From Octopus bimaculoides (taxonomy: Eukaryota): 64,000 nucleotides of DNA. The stretch covers positions 66,671,950 through 66,735,949 of the forward strand of contig NC_068992.1 of NCBI RefSeq assembly GCF_001194135.2. Reading direction: 5' to 3'. Shown one piece after another: positions 54,290-64,000 of the stretch. Every line of letters begins with the position of its first letter. The stretch's first letter is position 1. Under the pieces are notes generated by a model. The model ran no database searches. It saw only the letters and a program-made list of their open reading frames with translations, and was not told where the DNA came from. The translations under genes were made by a program, and so were the position numbers.

Positions 54290-55640
54290 AGACGGTGTCA
54301 CCTGATGGATTAAATGGCAGACGATATTTAGTTACATCGTTTTGTGATCTGAGTTCATATTCTGCCGAGGTCGCTATTGTTTCTTTCTTTATCAGTTACA
54401 AGATCGATAAAATGTCATCTCAATTAACTTCTCCCTCAAATGTGATGTTGTAGTAAAGTTGGTAATCATATATTTTTCAAGAAATATCTTCGCAAGAATA
54501 TGGTGTCGAATAGAAGAAACGGTACAGTTTAGTTTCGTTTTACTACGTTCAGAGTTCAAACTGACATCTATTCCCAAAGGATCGATAAAAGCAATGCAAC
54601 TAATGATATAGTTATTGATTTGATTCAGATATCTCTAGTATTTTCTGACAAAATTTATACTACTTTACCAATATTTCCTCGAAAACTAAGGAATGATGTG
54701 ACAGAAGCATTAGATTGTTAGACTGGATGGCTCGTTTTCATCCTTATACTAAATGAAAGGAAAGCGACGACTCAGCAGATTTGGAGTGCCGGAAAACTTG
54801 CTTTCCAGTGTTATTACCGGCTCTCTGCATTCTGAATTCACATTCCGCCAGGGTTAACTTTTCATTTTATTCCTCCGAGATCGATGAAGTACCAGCCAAG
54901 TACTGGAATCTATATTATCGACTAACTTCTCTTGCGTTAATCAGAAATCATTATAAGAAATGGTATGTAGTTAAGGAGTTCGGTTCACAATGATGACGTC
55001 TCGGTTTCAATCTCAGTGTATCTTCCCTTGGTCATGCCCCCTCTATTGAAACCGTGTGAAGGTAATTGGGTGGAAAGAAATGTGCAGAAACCTGTTGGAT
55101 TAAATGTGAGATTGGAAGACCTAAGCTAGATGTGGAGTGTTACTCTAATTCTCTCCAGAGATTACTGGTGTGTACGGGATACTCTGCCAGTTACAGTATA
55201 AAGAATTGAAAAGGTTGTTCCATGAATCACATAAACAGAACATTTATACATCGGCATCAAAGCAAAAATCCATTATAGCAAAATTTTATCTCCACATTTC
55301 AAGTTGAAATCAAGCCGAGATCGATAAAGTATAACATATCATGAACTCGGGTTTATCGATCACCCCTTCCCCTCCTTGTTAACATTCTTAGTTCAAATCC
55401 CTCTGGGTGGGGTGGGTGTTAGAGTAGAACACTAGTGATTTACTGGGGACGACTTAACCCACCCTTCAATTAGAAAATGCCTCAACTAGAAACTATTCAC
55501 CTTTTGCAGTGTAATCTCTACTTGTATTTGAATTACGTTCCATCGTTTTAGCATCGATAACAGTTGTACCGGGTATATTCCTGGGTAGATTCTATCCACC
55601 ATACTCCACCCCTGTTTTCAACAATTTTTGGTCTCATAGC
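54290..55640 (+). mobile_element. Cluster of old degraded SINE fragments, mostly family A
   Basis: Partial GAGTTCA(A/T)A.../GATCGATAAA...TACC matches near 54290, 54480, 54775, 55290 and 55500. Confidence 0.55.
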
Positions 55641-56489
55641 AAAGAATGTGTAGCTTTAAATATCCTCACTACAGTTGAAAAGATGGAAATATTTTCACAT
55701 AAAAAGTTGGAGCAACTTGAAAGTTTTTTTGTGTGTCAGGTGGTTTAGTAGTAACAAGAGGAACAGCAACACACAGCATTATTATTATTATTATTATTGT
55801 TATTATTATTATTCTCCGTATTCCGGGTGGTTATCTAATGTGTAATGTAGTGATACCTTTGCAAAGATTATCTCTGTATCATGTAATTTAGTAATATCTC
55901 TCAATGTTACGTTGTTCCTCTAATACAATATAGCGTCTTGCCAATGTAATAGAGCGACATTCCAGTTTGCCAATCTACATATAATATTATGTAGGGACCC
56001 TCCAACACTCGTTTAATGTAATTTACTGATGCTTCGGTGTTCATTTAATGCAATTGAACGATAAACCAGTTTTTCAAATGCTCAACTGATCACATAATGC
56101 AATGAATTGACGTCTTACTGCTTTAATGTTCATTTAATGCAGTTTAGCAGCTGAAAGAAGTCGAAACGAAAAACAACAAATACGAAAATCAACATATTGT
56201 ATTGGAATATGTTATTGAAGTGAAACTAACTTGTAAATCGCTACGATTTCTCCAACTCCCCAAAGAACATAAAAAAGGAAACCCTTGACTTTACACTCCC
56301 CCCACACGCACACATACATCCACTCATATATATATATATATATATATATATANNNNNNNNNNNNNNNNNNNNNNNNNNNNNNNNNNNNNNNNNNNNNNNN
56401 NNNNNNNNNNNNNNNNNNNNNNNNNNNNNNNNNNNNNNNNNNNNNNNNNNNNNNNNNNNNNNNNNNNATATATATGTATATACATATAC

Positions 56490-56520
<31 letters not shown>

Positions 56521-57112
56521 TATATATATACACACATACATATGCATACATATTTATGTGTGTATTTGTGTGATTGTGTGTGTGTATGTATGTGTGTATG
56601 TGTTGTATTAAATCTATCACATAAGCTTACAGACAGAAAGACAGACAGCCATACATACAGTCAATAGATTTTCCATGGCAAACTTTGCTGATTGTAAAGT
56701 ATTTTGTTGCAGTATCATTTGTGATCGATTTAGTTTTAATACGATGGTAAAATTCTTGGCACAATACTGTTTGGAAAAGCTGCTTCATTGAAATACCGTT
56801 TTAATGCTATTACTGTGGATGAAAATCTGTGATGTAATTTTGTGGCCGACTTGACGTTCGCCCTCCGGTTCAACGTGAATATTGTAGAAATTCTTTGCAG
56901 ATGAACGATCGTCATTTAAATCCGAATCTAATCTGTTCCAATGATCAATATATAGACGAAAAATGAAAGAGGATAATCCATGAGATAAAAATGTTACCCA
57001 ATATTCAGAATGTGCTGCGTTAATTACTTTATATAAATTGGCAACAGCTCGTAGACTATGCTGGGTTCAAGTTTCGGCTAAAAGGAAACAGGTGATACGT
57101 CTACGTGTCCTC

Positions 57113-57245
57113 TTTCATATTTTACGTGTTTCACTGCGGCCATGCTGGGGCCTTGAACAATTTTGAGTTCAATGAATCAACGCCAGGACTTTTTTTTCAT
57201 AAGCCTGGTACTTATTATATCGGGTCCTTTTGCCGAACCGCTACG
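57113..57245 (-). mobile_element. SINE family B 3' fragment
   Basis: GCGGCCATGCTGGGG...AAGCCTGGTACTTATT...TTTTGCCGAACCGCTA. Confidence 0.75.
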
Positions 57246-57527
57246 TAAACACATAACACATACATACACACATGAATGAACATACACACACACACACATA
57301 AACATACACATGTGCACAATTGTTCATTTCTTCTGATTTTGGTACTTGAAAGACTTGTCATGTTTCTTTCTCCTAAGAACTCCTCTGAGGAGGAATTTCC
57401 AGAACAAGGAAACAACACTAGTCATGAAAGTTTCACAACGGGAATAAACAAACAACCTATTCTATACCATTCACTACTTGGGTCTCAGTTATTACTTTTC
57501 TCGTTTGTTAATAATAATAATATATAC

Positions 57528-57603
<76 letters not shown>

Positions 57604-57604
57604 C

Positions 57605-57643
<39 letters not shown>

Positions 57644-57835
57644 TATATATATGTGTGTGTGTTTATATATATATATGCATATATATCTGTATACATATAC
57701 ATACATACCTACACACATACACACACAGACGCACACATTATATATATGTGTAGATATGCATATGTAAGCTGGTACAAGAAACTAATTGCTATTGTCACTG
57801 CAAAATAATACATAGCAACAACGACAATAATAATA

Positions 57836-57889
<54 letters not shown>

Positions 57890-58277
57890 GCAAGAATAAA
57901 ACAGTAGTATGGAAAGTACTGTTTCAGCTGTACTATCTCTGCATGACGTTATCTGATGCAAGGTGTAAACGCCTTACTAACTCTGTAGGGAAATATTTGA
58001 GCTTGTCTTAGTATTCACAGATTAATAAGACGAAGAAGATGCGGGTGATAAAAGGCAAAGCGATTCTGTGCATGCGGAGGTGAGAATTTCCTCTGGAAAC
58101 CGTCTTTTTGGTAACGTTTCTCTGATTAATTCTTCCACAACCAAATAAGATTCTCTCTCGCTTCTCTCCTCTCACAGCTTTTTATGTCTTTTTATTCATT
58201 GCTTCTTTGGAGATAATTTAATTGACATCTATTAATGTCTACTTCACTAAATATAAAAATGCCTTTATGTATATACG

Positions 58278-58346
<69 letters not shown>

Positions 58347-58349
58347 GTT

Positions 58350-58421
<72 letters not shown>

Positions 58422-59367
58422 CACACGTGCCTGTACGTGTGCGTATGTGTATACATATATGTATTCAAATAAGTAAACATATATAAATAAATATATTTAT
58501 ATATATAACACAGACACAGGCAGACACAGGCAGACACACATTTAGTTGTGTATGAGTACAAATCATAGAAATACGTATGCTTTGTTTGACTATAAAACAT
58601 ATTTTTATATGGTGTGTCGAAAAATACATGAATACATACATATCTATGCATTCATGTATTTTTCGACACACGTATACACAAACATACATAGATAATACAC
58701 ACACACACACANNNNNNNNNNNNNNNNNNNNNNNNNNNNNNNNNNNNNNNNNNNNNNNNNNNNNNNNNNNNNNNNNNNNNNNNNNNNNNNNNNNNNNNNN
58801 NNNNNNNNNNNNNNNNNNNNNNNNNNNNNNNNNNNNNNNNNNNNNNNNNNNNNNNNNNNNNNNNNNNNNNNNNNNNNNNNNNNNNNNNNNNNNNNNNNNN
58901 NNNNNNNNNNNNNNNNNNNNNNNNNNNNNNNNNNNNNNNNNNNNNNNNNNNNNNNNNNNNNNNNNNNNNNNNNNNNNNNNNNNNNNNNNNNNNNNNNNNN
59001 NNNNNNNNNNNNNNNNNNNNNNNNNNNNNNNNNNNNNNNNNNNNNNNNNNNNNNNNNNNNNNNNNNNNNNNNNNNNNNNNNNNNNNNNNNNNNNNNNNNN
59101 NNNNNNNNNNNNNNNNNNNNNNNNNNNNNNNNNNNNNNNNNNNNNNNNNNNNNNNNNNNNNNNNNNNNNNNNNNNNNNNNNNNNNNNNNNNNNNNNNNNN
59201 NNNNNNNNNNNNNNNNNNNNNNNNNNNNNNNNNNNNNNNNNNNNNNNNNNNNNNNNNNNNNNNNNNNNNNNNNNNNNNNNNNNNNNNNNNNNNNNNNNNN
59301 NNNNNNNNNNNNNNNNNNNNNNNNNNNNNNNNNNNNNNNNNNNNNNNNNNNNNNNNNNNNNNNNNNN

Positions 59368-59425
<58 letters not shown>

Positions 59426-60290
59426 ACACACTCTTTCTCTCTCATGTAATATATGTATGAAGAATATAGGAAATCTTGTTCTCATAGTTTTGTTCTAAAA
59501 TAATATAATATGATTATTTTTTTGCAAAGACACAAGCAAAATGTTGCCCCTGACGCCATCGACAAATTCGATATAGAAGTTGGCTGAAAGAAAATATGAA
59601 TAACTTCAGCATAATTTATACGAAAATATTCGACATCTGCAGCAGAAAATTGATTCGAAGATAACTAGTTTTTGTTTGTTGCTTAATTTCTGTTTTTTTT
59701 CCCCTTTTTTAAAATTTTAAACAACGTCTTGTTCTTCAATGTGTTTGCAAACACTAACTTCTCTTTTTCTCTCTTTCTCTGTCTCTCTCTTTCTGTCTGT
59801 CTCTCTCTCATGTTATACATTTATGGCTTTTACACAATCGCTCCCCACCAACACACATCCACTTGCTCGTTGTATATTTCCCATTTGGACAATTATACTT
59901 GGATGTCATTGGATGTCAGAGAAAAGGTAGACATTCGGCTCTCAAATAATATTAATTGATATTGACTATATATTATTTAACCATATGAGCTCCTGCACCC
60001 CACCACCCAATCCAAATAGAAGACAATATTACTGTAGGCACCGAAGGTGGCGAGCTGCTAGAATTATAAGCACGACGGACAATAGATGTAAACGACCCAT
60101 CCTCTTACCCCAAATTGCTGATATTTGAACCTAATTTTTTGTTAAGAATGTGTGCCATTTAATTGTCTTTTATGTTTGGTCTAAAGAACAGATTATATCA
60201 TATCAAAGCATTTTCAATACGCGTTCTTCAATGTAATGTCGGTCGTGTTGTCTCGGTATTATTCCATTTGTTATCTATTCAAAGGAAGCA

Positions 60291-60815
60291 CTACATTTTT
60301 TGAAACGGTCTCCTAAGAAGCTGATCTGCTGGAATACTTTGTTCTTGATTGTCTTTACGCAATGTATTCTCGAGTTAATGAAACTGCGTTGTGACACACG
60401 CGATATCATCTAGTCGAACAATATTGTCTTCATTTACAACTTGCATTGACATCCTTGAGTAATTGCACCAACCGGTGATACATTTTACATTATTTGATCT
60501 TAGAAATTTCCCCAAATGAAGTGAGAAGCACCAATTTATGTTGACATTTTTCATTTTGAGCAGCTCGTGAAATTTATGGCCTGTTTGGAAGTTTTTGTTG
60601 ATTGGCAAGTAGAAATCTTTTTACATCCGAAGGTTTTGACATTCTTTCTGGTTAGAGTCGAATAGAAAAGAAAATATAATCTGATGCAACCTGTTATTTA
60701 TCACGAATGTCAAATTCCGTATGACAAGACACTTCCTCTCTTCAAGCAGCGCATGTGCATTGAAAAGCCATAGAGTTTCATTTAAGTTATTCAATAAGAA
60801 CAATGTCAAAATGAA
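60291..60815 (-). pseudogene. Decayed reading frame of about 173 codons with 2 internal stops; unidentified origin
   Basis: ORFs 60621-60809 and 60375-60608 are in the same frame, which continues to the stop at 60291; non-repetitive protein-like composition. Confidence 0.4.
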
Positions 60816-60898
60816 TTAAAGCTCCTTACTCAATATGACGTAAGTCAGCAGAGGAAAAAATGAGTTAAAACTGGCCATCATACCTTTAACAGTGGATC

Positions 60899-61125
60899 AT
60901 TGAACTCATTTGTTTTCGTATTTCATGTTATTTACTGTTGGTGACGTCCTGTATCAATATTGTCGTCCGATGCTCGAAATGAGGACTAGCTACACAGCCG
61001 ACAACTGATGAAGAGCCGTTCTTTATGTTACTTGTCGTTTTCCATTTGTTTCGCTCGTTCCTTGCGTATTGAACTCATTTATTTTCGTATTTCATGTTGT
61101 TTACTGGCGTCCTCTACCCATATAT
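60899..61125 (+). repeat. Partial tandem duplication (169-bp period) enclosing hammerhead-like motifs; probable retroelement terminus
   Basis: ATTGAACTCATTT(G/A)TTTTCGTATTTCATGTT(A/G)TTTACTG at 60899 and 61068. Confidence 0.7.
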
Positions 61126-62844
61126 ATGCATATATANNNNNNNNNNNNNNNNNNNNNNNNNNNNNNNNNNNNNNNNNNNNNNNNNNNNNNNNNNNNNNNN
61201 NNNNNNNNNNNNNNNNNNNNNNNNNNNNNNNNNNNNNNNNNNNNNNNNNNNNNNNNNNNNNNNNNNNNNNNNNNNNNNNNNNNNNNNNNNNNNNNNNNNN
61301 NNNNNNNNNNNNNNNNNNNNNNNNNNNNNNNNNNNNNNNNNNNNNNNNNNNNNNNNNNNNNNNNNNNNNNNNNNNNNNNNNNNNNNNNNNNNNNNNNNNN
61401 NNNNNNNNNNNNNNNNNNNNNNNNNNNNNNNNNNNNNNNNNNNNNNNNNNNNNNNNNNNNNNNNNNNNNNNNNNNNNNNNNNNNNNNNNNNNNNNNNNNN
61501 NNNNNNNNNNNNNNNNNNNNNNNNNNNNNNNNNNNNNNNNNNNNNNNNNNNNNNNNNNNNNNNNNNNNNNNNNNNNNNNNNNNNNNNNNNNNNNNNAATA
61601 GATAGAGATGAGACAGTATTAGAGAGTTTTAAGAAATTCCATTTAAGCTTAATGATCATTTACTTTGCAAATTAATATGCAAGAATAATAAAATTAAAAG
61701 TAAAATAGACATAAAAAAAAAGAATGTTGAACAAATATCTTAAATTAACCATTTTAATGGGTAGCAGCACTAAATAGGGTTCGTTTAAAGGTCATCGCTA
61801 TTAGTGAATATAGAAGATTTTTATATATCGCTTTCGGTTACAATTATACATATTTGTTACTAACAATTGCTTGTCTCAACAGACTCCTGATCAATGGTTT
61901 CTTGCTGGTAGTCGTTCGTATTACAGTCAGCTAAAGAAAAATATCCGGTTGCCGAGGTAGAAGCCAAAGCTAAGTTACCAACACAGGATACAATAGGCTA
62001 AAATATATAGAATGGCTTTGTTATGTTCACATGAAACTCGAGTCGTCGAAAGAAACACAGAATCTCTCGTTACGCTATATTGTTCCGGAAAATACTAAGA
62101 AAGAAAAACACAGAAAAGATATGGTTTCGTGAAGTAATGAAATAGTTGGATCGAAGTTCAAATGTATGGAATTTTGTTGATTCTTTTTCTTCTCTTCCAG
62201 CTTTGCAGACATTTTTTGTTGTTATAGCTATTTTATGATTTGATGTTTTATGTTATTTAAAAATTCTTTTTCGTCATAAAACATGCCTGCATTCCTCGCA
62301 TCGGTACCGACATTGCATAATGACTATGGCATTATTTTAGTTGGTTAATATTGTTGCTTTGAGAAGTTGCTAACCAAGTTATTTAGATATGTTAGGTTCT
62401 ATTGGAACCTACTGGAATCTACTGGAAAATAGAAATTCGGTGGTCGGGCTGATATGTTTAATGTTGTATGTGTGCTCCAGCATGGTTATATAGAGTGTTC
62501 CAGACAGATACAATTTCTATGGAAGAAAAGGATTTGTGTATTATTTTCCCCATCATTTGGAAGAAAACCGCAGTAGAAGTGGCCAAAGAAGGTGTAGAGA
62601 GTAAAACCCTTATAAACTACAAAATTAAACCAACGAAATTGGTAGGAAATAATTAAAAACCTTGAAATTAAAGACTTACTTTCATAATCTGTCCGTCAAT
62701 AAGATTGCGTCGGTACAACTGGCCTAGGAAAATTAAGATTAATCCCCCCCCCTTCAATTATTGTTTGGCTCTCTTCCTCAGTTTCTTTCTTTCTTGTTTC
62801 TTTCCCTGCCAAAGACGGTAACCGAAAGAATTTATAGCGCTAAT

Positions 62845-62904
<60 letters not shown>

Positions 62905-63196
62905 GATACTAAGAAAGAAAGAGGGGGAGAGTAGAGAGAGGGGCAGAAAGATAGCGAGAGGGAGTGGAAGACAGAAGGAAGAAGAGAGAAAGATCGAATG
63001 ACTTTATGTGGTCGCTCGGCCTTTTAGAAATAACAGCTAAACCTTCAAATTACATTTCACTCTCTTGAAAAAAGACGTTGGATAATGTGATCGTGGATTC
63101 CCAGAACGTAAGCCAAAAAACAGAGCTTCGTTGAGCATAGATCTGCCTGGGGAAGAATGACGCGGATTAAATAACAACACTAGCAGTGGCAGCAGT

Positions 63197-63231
<35 letters not shown>

Positions 63232-63963
63232 TAAAAATGTAAATATTTCTCTTATAATTTTGATATTGATCTCCTCCCTTCTTCTAATTTAAAGTTAAAT
63301 TTTGGTATAAAATGGTGCCAATGGAGCAGACTTTAAGACATCACCAATACTTTTACTGTTTCAAAGATGTCTTGGCTACAATGTCACTAATTATACTGGT
63401 GAAAGGAAATGGGTAACTACGCTGTCTGGTAATTTCCATGTCATTCAAAGGAACCAATGACACAACCATATTATGGTTTTAAAATTGAATTATAGTACCA
63501 GGTTGGCTTACTGGCAAATGGCCTTTGATCTGTACATCTTCACTCGAAATGAAAGTCATTTAAGTTTAAGATAACACATTTATTCGAGCGAAAAGCAAGA
63601 TTATCTGAGTTTCATACCTTCCTGTAGGCCGTTGTTGGTGTATGTATGGAATGAAAGTTTTGGAAAGGTAATCGGTTTCGAAACTAGAACGCAGTTTCAG
63701 TATTCTACTTGTTTATCTATAATCAACGAGAAATGATTTTCATTTTCATGGATATGGCTATTGCGTAGTTGAGAGCCGAATACTGACGCAGCAAGATGTC
63801 TGACAACAATGGATATGATCCAGGAACCATTAGGTCTGTCTTCATTTCAGAATCTACACACTTAACTAAAAAAGGCCTACTCATTTTTGATATGAATATA
63901 GAGTAAGAAGAAATTTCGTATGCATGTGCCAGCACCAGTATATACGTTTGTATCTAGTGGCAC

Positions 63964-64000
63964 AATAGCAAAACTACGTATGTAAATAGCAAAACTACGT
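63964..64000. repeat. 21-bp tandem repeat running off the window end
   Basis: AATAGCAAAACTACGT at 63964 and 63985. Confidence 0.8.

Noticed and set aside
63367-63412. Exon-like RCLGYNVTNYTGERKW resembling a Frizzled CRD fragment
   Set aside because: Too short; the other CRD cysteines and exons are absent

Overview
AT-rich, repeat-saturated eukaryotic DNA, most likely an octopod cephalopod draft scaffold. That taxon call is inferred from the extreme (CA)n/(TA)n/(GA)n/(TAA)n/(TACA)n/(TCTA)n density, the tRNA-headed SINE families and 16 N-gaps (about 5.4 kb), nearly all next to microsatellites. I recognise no conserved protein-coding gene; nearly all long ORFs in the track are microsatellite or N-gap artefacts. 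What the sequence supports is a set of fossil mobile elements: a Penelope-like RT/GIY-YIG remnant, R4/Dong-type LINE fragments, a second RLE-LINE 3' end, a maT/Bmmar1-type mariner, a mariner 5' end and many SINE copies. It also holds promoter-like motif clusters near 1.5-2.8 kb and 47.8-48.3 kb, plus a few unverified exon candidates. The most notable structures are a 115-bp near-perfect inverted repeat (28091-28329) with A-C mismatches, a full set of hammerhead-ribozyme core strands in non-canonical order (60946-61016), a phased 4x NK2-site array next to a perfect RFX X-box, LINE fragments sitting in (TAA)n arrays, and an unidentified decayed 173-codon frame. None of these is proven functional.
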